NCBI GenBank assembly: GCA_000146465.1
Contig: CP001950.1
Length of the DNA stretch: 64,000 nt
Direction: 5' to 3' (one strand)
The notes below the pieces were generated by a model, which searched no databases, was not told the DNA's origin, and saw only the letters and a list, made by a program, of their open reading frames with translations. The position numbers and the translations under genes are program-made. This document shows positions 19,142 to 28,567 of this stretch, piece after piece; the first letter of the stretch is position 1; every line of letters starts with the position of its first letter.

Positions 19142-19948
19142 ATGTCTCTGGTTTTTCTTTATGCTTTGAGTGTTGCAGCAAAGAACTATGCCATCTTAAT
19201 GAATTCGTCACGGGGATTCCACAACTACAGACATATGGCAAATGTATATATTTTCTACAATGTCCTAAAAGAGAACGGGTTCAAGGACGACCAAATCCTG
19301 ATCATCTCGTACGAGAATCAAATCGAAGACATCCGAAATGTAGACCGGGGTGGAGTTTACATCGATGAGGATCAGAGGATTCCCTACTCTGCATTCACAC
19401 CAAGCAGCAATGCTCTTGCAGATCTTCTTAATGCGCTTGAGGGAAGGAATATCAAGCTGAAGGATGCAGATGAGTCCTCTAATGTCTTTATATATCTCAA
19501 TGGGCATGGAAACGAGACATTCCTGAAGTTTGGAAACATTCACTTTATGACTAAAGATGACTTGATGGCAAGGATATTGAAGTTGGCTGAAAGAGTCAAC
19601 AAGATTCTGCTTGTGCTCGACACGTGCCAGGCCGAAGCTTTAATTGATAGAGAGATTCTGCCTAGTAATGTATTTATAGTGGCCACGAGCAAGACGGGGC
19701 AGCCGGCCATTTCCTCATTTAGCTCATCACTTATATGTGCAAATGTTTCCGATAACTTCCCGTACTTTTTCTTCAAGAGATTTGGAAAGGGGATTGACAG
19801 GAAGATCAGACTTCCCGATCTATTTTCCGAAATTGCCAAAGAGCCTCTTGGATCGGAGCTTGTGTTTGACGAGGAAAAAGACTTCAGGTTTGAGGACTTC
19901 TTTGTGCAAAACAACAGTGCAGAGCTTCTTCCCTTCAAGGAAAGATGA
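19142..19948 (+). CDS. GPI8: GPI-anchor transamidase catalytic subunit GPI8/PIG-K (C13 peptidase)
   Basis: NYAILMNSSRGFHNYRHMANV, catalytic His in IYLNGHGNETFLKF and catalytic Cys in LVLDTCQAEAL. Matches the legumain/GPI8 family. Confidence 0.8.
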   Translation: MSLVFLYALSVAAKNYAILMNSSRGFHNYRHMANVYIFYNVLKENGFKDDQILIISYENQIEDIRNVDRGGVYIDEDQRIPYSAFTPSSNALADLLNALEGRNIKLKDADESSNVFIYLNGHGNETFLKFGNIHFMTKDDLMARILKLAERVNKILLVLDTCQAEALIDREILPSNVFIVATSKTGQPAISSFSSSLICANVSDNFPYFFFKRFGKGIDRKIRLPDLFSEIAKEPLGSELVFDEEKDFRFEDFFVQNNSAELLPFKER

Positions 19949-20009
19949 ATGTGTTCGATTAAAGAATGTAACTTTGTAAGGCTTTTTGAGTTAAAGTATC
20001 GGTCCCCTG

Positions 20010-20846
20010 ATGGAAGAAGAAGGAAACATCTCTGCTTCTAGAGGGAGACCTGACAAGGATAGATGGGACGAGTATAGCATCCTCAACGACAGTTCTTACA
20101 AAGGAGGAGTGACGGATAAAGGAAACTCTCTTGAATGGAAGTCATTTGAAAAAGAAGAATGTGTCTTCTCGGAAGAGTTGCCAGAAAAGATAGAGGGTTT
20201 GCAGGAAGAGGAGGGATCTAGGGAGAAGAAAAAAGACTGGGATGGAGAGATCAGGAAGGGGAATGATAATCCCATAAGGCCAAGGAAATATGTTGCAAGT
20301 AATACCGAGTATGATAGGGGAGAAAAAGGAAGCCCAACTTCGGAGGAAGCCAAAAAGGAGATCCTCTTGGAGAATCTGGGGGTTCATCAAAACATTTCAA
20401 AGCAGAGATATGAAGAGCATATAAGGAAGTTAAGGGCGGCAAGCGATAAGTACACGGGGGAAGGAGAAGAAGTAGAGGATTTGGTAGGGGCTCGGAAAGC
20501 ACAGACAGAAAAAGAAGAGAATATGAGAAGGGCCCTCAAGATACAAGAGAACGATCTTTGGATCAAGGACCAAGAGATTGTCTTACTTCGAGAAAAGGTG
20601 GCAAGACTTGAAATGAAGATGGAAATTGAAGGGAAGGAGTATATAGAGAAGTGTATCCAAAGGGGAGAGGCAGCCGTGAAGATTCTAGAGGAAGAAATGA
20701 AGAAGGAACGAAGGGAGCTTCTGGAGAGGATTGGGCAGGAGACAGAAAAATCAAGGGTGCTATCCCGGAGGGTCGAGGGTCTTAAGAAGATCATCAACGA
20801 GCTGGTTCGCAAGATAAAAAGAATGAAGCAGAGATCGGAGGGGTGA
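20010..20846 (+). CDS. Glu/Lys-rich coiled-coil protein
   Basis: Long heptad-like charged segments (LREKVARLEMKMEIEGKEYIEKCIQ...LEEEMKKERRELLERIGQE). Confidence 0.4.
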   Translation: MEEEGNISASRGRPDKDRWDEYSILNDSSYKGGVTDKGNSLEWKSFEKEECVFSEELPEKIEGLQEEEGSREKKKDWDGEIRKGNDNPIRPRKYVASNTEYDRGEKGSPTSEEAKKEILLENLGVHQNISKQRYEEHIRKLRAASDKYTGEGEEVEDLVGARKAQTEKEENMRRALKIQENDLWIKDQEIVLLREKVARLEMKMEIEGKEYIEKCIQRGEAAVKILEEEMKKERRELLERIGQETEKSRVLSRRVEGLKKIINELVRKIKRMKQRSEG

Positions 20847-20887
20847 GAAGATGGAATGAAGAGATAGAGGAGGATGGATAACCCCAA

Positions 20888-21409
20888 ATGTTTGAATCGG
20901 AATACTTCAAGAATCTTCTGAATGAAACTACGGCGTTGATAGCCAACAAAGTGGAGGAGGGAAACAACAGAGAAGAGATGGAGGCCCGGATCGAGAGCAA
21001 CGTGGCAACATTGAAGTATCTTGCAAGGGAAATAACAGACAGAGATCTGCAAAGCAAAACACTGAAGAGAATAGACATGCTGTGTCTCGAGCCCGAGGAG
21101 TTTGAAATGAGTGATGTTAGAAACAGGACAGTGGGAGCTAGAGGTAGTGAGCATTCGGACAGAATGGAAAGAGATATCCTCAAGTACACAAAAAGACTAC
21201 GTGGGAAGGTCAAGGAATTTATGGAAAGCGTTGATATGGACAGTAGGGTGCTGGAAGAGGTGACCGACAAAATGTCCAAGAATCTGGCAGGGACATCTTC
21301 TACACTGAAGTCCTTGAAGATAGAGGGATGTAGGATTCCAATTCTGGGCCTTCTTACCTCTGTTACAGCAGTCTTTGTTGTGATGTACTTTGTCATAAGA
21401 TTTCTGTAG
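20888..21409 (+). CDS. tail-anchored coiled-coil protein (SNARE-like; Use1/Sec20/Bet1 class candidate)
   Basis: C-terminal single TM anchor ILGLLTSVTAVFVVMYFVIRFL immediately before the stop. Preceded by a heptad region (VLEEVTDKMSKNLAGTSSTLKSLK). Confidence 0.4.
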   Translation: MFESEYFKNLLNETTALIANKVEEGNNREEMEARIESNVATLKYLAREITDRDLQSKTLKRIDMLCLEPEEFEMSDVRNRTVGARGSEHSDRMERDILKYTKRLRGKVKEFMESVDMDSRVLEEVTDKMSKNLAGTSSTLKSLKIEGCRIPILGLLTSVTAVFVVMYFVIRFL

Positions 21410-21450
21410 AAGATAATGTTTAATGGAAGTCTGCTACTAAATTTGTTGTT

Positions 21451-21909
21451 TTATATGTCGTCTTGGAAGTCTTCTTTACTTCTTCTTCGCTCCAGGAATA
21501 TCTCTTTTCCTGTTTTCCCTGTCCTCGGCTTTTCTGCTCTGGGAGTTCCCTTCTTCCAGTTCATAAAGTCCTCCTCGGTTATCTTCTGCTTATCGTCTAT
21601 GTTGTAGCTGATTGATATTCTCTTTACATCACTCACTATGTTGCTTCCTTCCAGCTTCCTGACAACTATTCTAACCATATCGAAGATCATAGGTGTCGAG
21701 ATGTACTTCTTTGTCTCCTCTCTTACTTCTGCTAATATGTTGTCTTCCACATCCGATGACATCTCTGGAATGGTGTTGGGGTAGCCTTCTGAGCATCGGA
21801 ACTCAAAGGAGTTCCCCTCAGCAGATATCTTGTAGACATGCTCTGTGTCCCTTGTGTAGTGTTCCAAATCGCCTCCAAAAATATATCTCAAAGCATCGCA
21901 CTCATCCAT
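21451..21909 (-). CDS. RWD-domain protein Gir2/RWDD1-like (DFRP2, Rbg2/DRG2 partner)
   Basis: RWD pattern: DECDALRYIFGGDLEHY...FEFRCSEGYPNTIPEMS...MIFDMVRIVVRKL. C-terminal DFRP-like ITEEDFMNWKKGT...KTGKEIFLERR. Start set at the internal Met because the upstream part of the track ORF overlaps the next gene. Confidence 0.55.
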   Translation of the reverse strand: MDECDALRYIFGGDLEHYTRDTEHVYKISAEGNSFEFRCSEGYPNTIPEMSSDVEDNILAEVREETKKYISTPMIFDMVRIVVRKLEGSNIVSDVKRISISYNIDDKQKITEEDFMNWKKGTPRAEKPRTGKTGKEIFLERRRSKEDFQDDI

Positions 21910-22059
21910 GGGGTATTCCCATCGAGCCTTCTTCTCCAGACACTGATATTTAGTCTGTCTGTCTTTTCTATCTAATAAAGTGTTTTTATTAAACTCTATA
22001 GCTGTTCTCGCCAAGCATATTCTATTTATAGAAACCAATTCTTTATATAATCTAAGCCG

Positions 22060-23571
22060 TTGTTTGTACAGATGGAAAACACAAGATGGATAAAAGCTGA
22101 AATTAAAAATGTAAACGATGGCTCTGTAGCCAGAGAAGTCTTGGCCAACGAGACAAATTCCTTTGTCAGAGAACTCAATCACTATGAAAAAAATCTTAAG
22201 GATATTCTTGAAGAACTAGAGAATCAAAACATAACTAACAAGGAAGAAGGAATTTCGTCCGTTAAGAAAGCCTTGGAGGTGTTAGAAACTCTTGAAAAAG
22301 ATGTCAGCTCAGCAGTTCCTGAAGAGACATCTATTTGGACGAAAGACTTTTTCAAAGCTGTTGATAGACTAAGAGATAGTTGTAATCTATCACTCAAGTC
22401 ACTTGAGGAGGCTCTTGAAAAATTTCTGGCCTATATTGATAATAACTCGGATCTAAAGGGAGATCTTTTGCAGAAGGCCAAGCTCATTCCCCTTCTGTGT
22501 GCATCTAGCAAGCTTAAAGAATTTTCTTCGGGTATAAGGAAGTCGGGGACCAATGCCTTTACGTGGTTTTTTAAGTTTGTTAGAAGGATTCCCGTCGAGA
22601 ATTTCAAGAAGAACATTAACTCGAGCTTAAATGGCCTAAAGGAAAAGATTTGCCGTGTATCTGGATCCCAAAGAGCAACAGGGAAGCAAGAAATCCGGGA
22701 GGCACAGAAGATTGTGGATTCTTTTTTACGCGATGTAACCGAACTTCAGGATGAATATGAGAAAACTCTTGGCCTTCTTATAAGATCGGAGATATCCTTT
22801 TCAGATGCATTTGAGACTATGCAGGGAAAGATAAGTAACTTTGATGGCCACATGAGTGATCTGGAAAAGAAGATTAAAGACATCGAAACAGCTTTCCAAC
22901 CCATCCTTCTTTCCAAGGAATCCCACGAAAGATCGTTGCCTGAAGATAGTTTTCTTAAGAACATATATCTTGTGTTGATAATTGTGTTATGCATACAGGG
23001 TGTTCTCTGGTACACAGACAATGAAAAGTCTTCTGCTGGAACTGTGTGGAACATGGTAGTGTACTCTGTGGCAGTTGTGGGGACGATTCTGTACATGGCC
23101 TGGGTGTGGGGATTTGGCGGAAGGAGATGGACTAGTGCTGCGAGCATGGTACCTATGATGGTTGGGCTTCTGAATTTGGGGAAGAGGGTGAGCTGTGAGT
23201 ACGGGATGGAGATGGCAGGGCTTGGGTTTGTAATGGTTTGTATGGAGAGTCTTGCAAGACACGGGATGTCATCATGGGAGATTTTGGCAGGATTGATCGG
23301 AAATGGAATTGTAGTGATGGGATGGGTCAGTTGGGCTACAATGAGGGATAGATATGGAGAGAGGATGAGCCAGTGGATGTGTGGGGGACTTATTGTGTTT
23401 GGAATTCTCATGGCTGTGATGATGTATATGAAGGAAGGGAGAAATGTGGAAAGGAGCACTGGAAGTTATATGGTGTTTATTATGACAGTGGTTGTTGGAA
23501 CAGCTGTGTCTTATGCATGTGGAAAGGATTACAGACAACTTGCATCTAAGAGAATGTCTCTGAAATCTTGA
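22060..23571 (+). CDS. lineage-specific family protein A: N-terminal coiled-coil/helical region plus C-terminal Gly/Met/Trp/Val-rich multi-TM domain
   Basis: 503-aa ORF, paralogous to 31371..32239 (shared blocks GISSVKKALEVLETLEKD / GINAVKETLDTLRRLKE and DVTELQDEYEKTLGLL / DVTELQDEYERIFGLL). The C-terminal 23000..23560 is strongly G+T-skewed DNA encoding 4-5 hydrophobic helices. Confidence 0.5.
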   Translation: MFVQMENTRWIKAEIKNVNDGSVAREVLANETNSFVRELNHYEKNLKDILEELENQNITNKEEGISSVKKALEVLETLEKDVSSAVPEETSIWTKDFFKAVDRLRDSCNLSLKSLEEALEKFLAYIDNNSDLKGDLLQKAKLIPLLCASSKLKEFSSGIRKSGTNAFTWFFKFVRRIPVENFKKNINSSLNGLKEKICRVSGSQRATGKQEIREAQKIVDSFLRDVTELQDEYEKTLGLLIRSEISFSDAFETMQGKISNFDGHMSDLEKKIKDIETAFQPILLSKESHERSLPEDSFLKNIYLVLIIVLCIQGVLWYTDNEKSSAGTVWNMVVYSVAVVGTILYMAWVWGFGGRRWTSAASMVPMMVGLLNLGKRVSCEYGMEMAGLGFVMVCMESLARHGMSSWEILAGLIGNGIVVMGWVSWATMRDRYGERMSQWMCGGLIVFGILMAVMMYMKEGRNVERSTGSYMVFIMTVVVGTAVSYACGKDYRQLASKRMSLKS

Positions 23572-23834
23572 ATGCAAGATGTCAAATCTTTAAAGTAATC
23601 AAAAACACAAAACAGAAAACCTCTAAAAGCTAGCTATCCTTTTTTTCTTGGATGTTTAGTAGTCTAGGTGTATTGGGCAATTGCATCAAGGATGAACCAA
23701 ACGGACACCAACTTCCAATCACTTCATGGAATACTATATTTCCAAAAAAGGCACATTCCTCAGTGAACCTGTTAAGTTTTTTTCTAATCATCTTTTTAAC
23801 CCGTTGTATAAACCAGGGACTCTAGGAAACCCTT

Positions 23835-24620
23835 ATGATTAGCATTTTATTCCTTGGCCATGCAGAAGCCGCAACGGGTATCCCTTCAGATCTCTGGGAT
23901 TCAGTAAACTACTATAGCCTCCTTTTGCCAAAGAGGCCTGAAGTGGCCTTGATCTTGTTTGTTGCGGGCCTCTTTGTGAATTTTCTGGGGATTCGTGCAA
24001 AAAGATGCTCTCTGTCTATGATCTCGTTCCCTTTACTTCGTCTGAGCATTGGAAGCATAATGAATGTGCTAAAGGAAATAGTTATAGATAAATATGGAAG
24101 CATATCCGAGGCTCCCCAGATGGTTAGGAATGGGCTTGAGATACTAAAGAAGGTGGACGAGAACAGATTCTTCATGATCTTTCTGTCTGTTGTTCTTGGG
24201 CTTGTGATGGTTTTCTTTGCCAAGGCTGTAATATACATCTTGATGGTATATCTTGCATTCCATCTGTGGGGAATACTGGAATCATCTGCCCAGGGGACAA
24301 TGGAAGGGAAACTGTATTACATTTACCAAACAATAATGTTATGCATTGGGATCTTGGTTCTGGTTCTTGTAAAGCCAATCACCTTCTTAATCTACATCCT
24401 CATCTTCTCTGTGTTTGGATCTCTCTTCATCATAGTCGGAGCCAATTTTGGATCTGGATTGAACCTCCATCTAAATCAATACATCGATATGCTTCGAAAA
24501 GGAGACTTCTATCAAGATCTGGTTGAGAATAAGATCTCTGTAGGATATATCTCCCTCGTGACGATGGGGACTATTTGCCAGATACTTCTTAGGAAGAAGC
24601 CCACGGCGAAGGCAAACTAA
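23835..24620 (+). CDS. hypothetical multi-pass membrane protein
   Basis: 261-aa ORF with 5-6 hydrophobic helices (LILFVAGLFVNFLGI, FMIFLSVVLGLVMVFFAKAVIYILMVYLAF, IMLCIGILVLVLV, FLIYILIFSVFGSLFIIVGA). Confidence 0.4.
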   Translation: MISILFLGHAEAATGIPSDLWDSVNYYSLLLPKRPEVALILFVAGLFVNFLGIRAKRCSLSMISFPLLRLSIGSIMNVLKEIVIDKYGSISEAPQMVRNGLEILKKVDENRFFMIFLSVVLGLVMVFFAKAVIYILMVYLAFHLWGILESSAQGTMEGKLYYIYQTIMLCIGILVLVLVKPITFLIYILIFSVFGSLFIIVGANFGSGLNLHLNQYIDMLRKGDFYQDLVENKISVGYISLVTMGTICQILLRKKPTAKAN

Positions 24621-24682
24621 ATGCCTCTGGGAAAGGAATTCATTTCTATATTAAAAGTTTTGGTATAATTTAATTGCCTTCC

Positions 24683-25795
24683 TCAGCACGGTGGATAAAA
24701 GCATCCAAAAAGAATTGCATATGCTATTCCAAATCCAAAGTAGAACCTGAACAGAACTTTTTTCCAGAGTCCGTTATTCATTGTGTAGTATTTTTCTGCC
24801 AGAATCCAATATATTAGAGGATTGAACGAGACAAATCTAAAGTACATGTTCCAATGAATCAAGAATACTGTGATAAGAGTTTGAGCCAGAAGGACAACCG
24901 CACACATGTCTGTGTTGAAGTGCTGAAGGATGCCAATGGCCTTGGAACTCCCTGCACATCTTTTGTTCCAGTACTCTCTGAGAATAAACAAAGAAATCAG
25001 GATGAATGGAAGCCCAACCAATACATTGGGGATGTTCTTGTATGTGAAGAATCGGAATAGTCCTTGTTCCCACAGGGTCCTCTGTATGAAAGAATAAGGA
25101 ATGAAGATTTTGTAGGTATTGTTAGCTCTGTTGATCATAAGCAGGGTGTAGTATTGAAATGCAGCAAGTGGAAGTAGAAATACAGCGATTTTTGTGAATG
25201 TATATCTACTTAAAGGACACATGAGAAATGGAGCAAATAAAACCGCATTCGATCTGCACAGGCCGCACAAAGACAAAAACAACACTCCGCGAACAGTGTC
25301 TCTGTTTTCTATGAAATACATTCCCAAGAGAAAGAGAAGCATGAACAAGGATTCCGAATACATGGCTGTGTACACTATAGATGCCGGGTTGAAAATGAAG
25401 AGGATACAGCTCATCGCTGCTATTTTGTTTCCGTACCTTTTTTGGGTGATCCTGTAGAGCAATGCAGAACTAAAGACAAAGGCTGTACACGAGACAAGAA
25501 CTCCCACTGTGTATGGATCTAGTGGAAGAACCTTGTGGATACAGCGGGATAGATACGGAAGAAGGGGAAAGAATGCAGCCTCATGGGTTTTCCTGTATCC
25601 TCTCTCCATGATCTCTAGGAAGTGAATGGAGTCCCACGAAAGGAGAAATTTCATACATGAGTTGCTGGGAATAAGTTCTGTGGATTTGTCAAAGCGAGGA
25701 AGAAGGAGATATGCAACATATGAGATACCTATGTAGAAGGCACGAGAGGCTGCTGCCAACCTGATTACTCCTTGAATGTTCGTGGCGAATGGCAT
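24683..25795 (-). CDS. GPI18: GPI mannosyltransferase 2 (PIG-V/GPI18 family)
   Basis: LSWDSIHFLEIMERGYRKTHEAAFFPLLP matches the PIG-V SHWDAEHFLFIAEHGY..EH.FAFFP motif. Also MYSESLFMLLFLLG, LCRSNAVL and AFQYYT blocks; multi-TM throughout. Confidence 0.7.
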   Translation of the reverse strand: MPFATNIQGVIRLAAASRAFYIGISYVAYLLLPRFDKSTELIPSNSCMKFLLSWDSIHFLEIMERGYRKTHEAAFFPLLPYLSRCIHKVLPLDPYTVGVLVSCTAFVFSSALLYRITQKRYGNKIAAMSCILFIFNPASIVYTAMYSESLFMLLFLLGMYFIENRDTVRGVLFLSLCGLCRSNAVLFAPFLMCPLSRYTFTKIAVFLLPLAAFQYYTLLMINRANNTYKIFIPYSFIQRTLWEQGLFRFFTYKNIPNVLVGLPFILISLFILREYWNKRCAGSSKAIGILQHFNTDMCAVVLLAQTLITVFLIHWNMYFRFVSFNPLIYWILAEKYYTMNNGLWKKVLFRFYFGFGIAYAILFGCFYPPC

Positions 25796-25861
25796 TCCAA
25801 TAGGGGAGCATCTTGGAATTTGTTTATCTCAACTTGTAAATTTTACAAGGTTACACACCCC

Positions 25862-26683
25862 ATGTTTGTTTTTCTTCTCCACCTGCTCGGATGTTTGTGC
25901 AGCGAACATGTCTTTATACAAGAGGCGTCGCTACTGTCGCCATATGTAGATGAGATTGGCAGGTTCCTCAACTGGAAGACATTTGGGGAGCAAGTAATAA
26001 AGGTCCATGGAAAGGATATGTTTGTACAGTTAGGATACTCGTCTCCAAATAGCTCTGGGGCTGTTGTGGCATCTCACCCCATAGGTTCTGAGAGGTTTGG
26101 GATGGATCTGATTATTGAGGTGGACTCTGGACAGAAAGGGGACACCAACGAGGGAATGGCCATATGGATATCTGATGAGGAAACGTTTAAGGAGGGGCCT
26201 TGTTTTGGGAGGTCATGTAGTTTCAAAGGCCTTTTGGTTGTCATAAAGCCCTCTGGAAAGTCTTATGTTGGGGTGAAGGCTGGTGATGTTATGATCAACA
26301 CCAGTAATATGGCCAAGAATTTTGACAAGGTTGAATACAGAGACTTTTCCTCTGGAGAGAAATTCGTTCTTAGAATTGAGCAAAAGGATTATGAGCTGTC
26401 TATATATATAGGAGAGGGGGAAGACTTCTCTCTTGTGCATTCTTACAGATACAATCTTGTAAAGGAAGGAGACCTTCTTGGGGTTTCTGCATCAACGGAC
26501 AGATCGTCGACTTCATTCAGGTTGATTGGAATTGAAAGTTACCATCTAAAGAACATGGAGGGCAAGGGATATGCAAAGGAAGATGTACACAGCGGTGGAA
26601 GACTTATTTGGTTTATCCTTGCAGTTGTAGTTTCAATAACCGCATACTACCTCTACAACATCCAAGTAAAAAAGGATAATTAA
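25862..26683 (+). CDS. L-type (legume-like) lectin domain cargo receptor (ERGIC-53/Emp46/47-like), type I membrane protein
   Basis: Signal peptide MFVFLLHLLGCLC. Lectin-fold blocks EGMAIWISDEETFKEGPCFGRSCSFKGLLVVI and GVSASTDRSSTSFRL. C-terminal TM LIWFILAVVVSITAYYLY plus a short tail. Confidence 0.55.
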   Translation: MFVFLLHLLGCLCSEHVFIQEASLLSPYVDEIGRFLNWKTFGEQVIKVHGKDMFVQLGYSSPNSSGAVVASHPIGSERFGMDLIIEVDSGQKGDTNEGMAIWISDEETFKEGPCFGRSCSFKGLLVVIKPSGKSYVGVKAGDVMINTSNMAKNFDKVEYRDFSSGEKFVLRIEQKDYELSIYIGEGEDFSLVHSYRYNLVKEGDLLGVSASTDRSSTSFRLIGIESYHLKNMEGKGYAKEDVHSGGRLIWFILAVVVSITAYYLYNIQVKKDN

Positions 26684-26922
26684 CTTCTAGTCCTTCTATT
26701 CTATAGTCTTTAAGCTGTACTTAATCATCCAACACCCCGAATTTGGAACTTCGGAAATATTCTCCCAACCGGTGCCAAATAGAACAAGAGGTCTTTCTAC
26801 AAGGAGAGGTGGCAGTCCAGTGGAGGATCTCCTCGAAAACTACTTCTAGTTGGGTAGATTCGAGAGTAGCCATTGTTGGCTTGATCCCACCAGACAAAGG
26901 GGCAGGGTAGATCCTATTTCGT

Positions 26923-28545
26923 GTGGGCCCTTTGGATGGAAGGGCCTGGAGAGCAGCGGAGGGCATGTGTTCTCCGGCAATAGAGGGCCCTGGTGAATTC
27001 ATCGAGTTCCTGAAGCCCCTGATGATTGAAAGTCCTGCAATAAAAAAGTTTATTGTTAATTACTTTATTGAACACAGCCAAGAGAACATTGATGATATAG
27101 CAGCCAGGATCGACGGATGTCTTCGGAAGAGGTTTGTGGAGAACGAGGTGGTGTCTGTTGTAAGGTCTGGGGAGTGGGGAAGGATTTCTCGAGTGGCTGG
27201 AGACAGGTATGTTGTAAGCATCCTGTCTCTAGATGGAGGGCGAGAGGAAAGGCTCCACTTTTCGGAGCTTGCAAGGAAGGACATGGCGGGGCGGACGGAG
27301 GTCAAGGGATATCTGCTTGGGATAACAATGGAAACTCCTTTTGGACGGGTGCTGAAGGAGAATGCATTCCGAAGCATAAGAGACTCTGGGGAAGTGATGA
27401 AATGCAAGGTTCCACAGAGCCAGTGCTATGAAGGGAGTTTTGTGTCTCGGAGGGGTGTTGGGGGGACGGAGAGAAGGAAATGGAAGACGGAGAAGGAAGG
27501 GCAAGGCTCGAGAGAGAAGAACGAGGAAAGGGAGACAGAGGGCAGTAGGGCGAAGCGGGCCTCCGTGCGAAAGGAGGGGACGAAGGAGACGAGTGTGAGT
27601 TCGATCCTCTTGGTGGGGCCTTCGCAGGCTCTGGAGATCCCGGGGCTTAGGAAGGAAGATATCGAGCTAGTGATGAAGATCTTTGGAGTGGTAGCAAACT
27701 TCGGGGGGTTTTTTGGGATCCAAGAGATTGATGTTTTGTCGCTAGGGAGGGCTATTGTTGATCCTTGGTATGAGGATGATACGATATGCAAGATCCATTT
27801 GAAGCTGATCTCTGGACTTCGGACAGAAATGGATTCTGTGGGGATGGAGGAGTTTGTGGAGAACAGCAAGGCATGCATTGAATGGGCCAAGGAGCAAGGA
27901 AGGGAGGAGGATTTGGCTGGAGATGGGGGGGAGATGGAGGAGTGTCTTGAACAGTCTCTGGGCTGTGGGGAAGAGGGCTGGAAGAAAGACCTAAGGAAGC
28001 TTATTGAGAGTATTTGCGATGATGGGGACACAGACATTTTTGGTATTGTGAGGAGCATCTCTGGAAGGAGCAGGGCTCTTGGGAGGGGAGAGATAAGAAA
28101 GAGGCTTGTTGTGATTGAGCTGCTGATGAACATGTTCTTTACAACAGAACAGTTCCGAGAGATTATATGGGAGAAGATGGAGGAGTCGAAGGATCTTGAG
28201 AAGAAGAAGAGGGAGCTCCAGACAAGGCTTAAGAGGAGTGTGGGATGGGATGGAGAGAGCAAGGAGGCAGGAGAAGGCTCTCGAGCCGAGATGGAGAAGG
28301 AGCTTGGGGACACAAGAGAGAAGATATTCCAGCTTCCTGTGAATACTGGGGTTGGAACTGTGGATGGGGTTGGGCTTCTTCATCTTGGGAGGAAGATCTA
28401 TGCAGCCTGGGAAGGAGACTACTATTTGGTGGGGAGAGACAGGCTGGCAGATCTATGTAAGAAATATAAGGCAAAGAACAAAGAGGAGAGACATGTGCTG
28501 GAAAGCATAGGACAGAACATAGAAGGGTTGAAAGGCCATCTTTGA
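26923..28545 (+). CDS. hypothetical nuclear protein with possible DDT domain (ISWI-accessory-like) in a purine/GC-rich block
   Basis: 540-aa ORF. IPGLRKEDIELVMKIFGVVANFGGFFGIQEIDVLSLGRAIV resembles a DDT domain. The N-terminal barrel-like segment VVSVVRSGEWGRISRVAGDRYVVSIL is followed by charged low-complexity. Confidence 0.4.
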   Translation: MGPLDGRAWRAAEGMCSPAIEGPGEFIEFLKPLMIESPAIKKFIVNYFIEHSQENIDDIAARIDGCLRKRFVENEVVSVVRSGEWGRISRVAGDRYVVSILSLDGGREERLHFSELARKDMAGRTEVKGYLLGITMETPFGRVLKENAFRSIRDSGEVMKCKVPQSQCYEGSFVSRRGVGGTERRKWKTEKEGQGSREKNEERETEGSRAKRASVRKEGTKETSVSSILLVGPSQALEIPGLRKEDIELVMKIFGVVANFGGFFGIQEIDVLSLGRAIVDPWYEDDTICKIHLKLISGLRTEMDSVGMEEFVENSKACIEWAKEQGREEDLAGDGGEMEECLEQSLGCGEEGWKKDLRKLIESICDDGDTDIFGIVRSISGRSRALGRGEIRKRLVVIELLMNMFFTTEQFREIIWEKMEESKDLEKKKRELQTRLKRSVGWDGESKEAGEGSRAEMEKELGDTREKIFQLPVNTGVGTVDGVGLLHLGRKIYAAWEGDYYLVGRDRLADLCKKYKAKNKEERHVLESIGQNIEGLKGHL

Positions 28546-28567
28546 CTGTCTGTTTGTTTATGATGTA

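Noticed and set aside
20387-21396. Long minus-strand ORFs (255 and 200 aa) antisense to the coiled-coil and tail-anchored genes
   Set aside because: Ser/Leu/Phe-rich antisense of GAA/AAG-rich coding sequence. No independent support.
22746-23577. His/Pro-rich minus-strand ORFs (237, 91, 101 aa)
   Set aside because: Antisense of the G+T-skewed C-terminal domain of family member A; a compositional artefact.
27426-28313. 295-aa minus-strand Ser/Pro-rich ORF
   Set aside because: Antisense of the purine-rich 26923..28545 gene.
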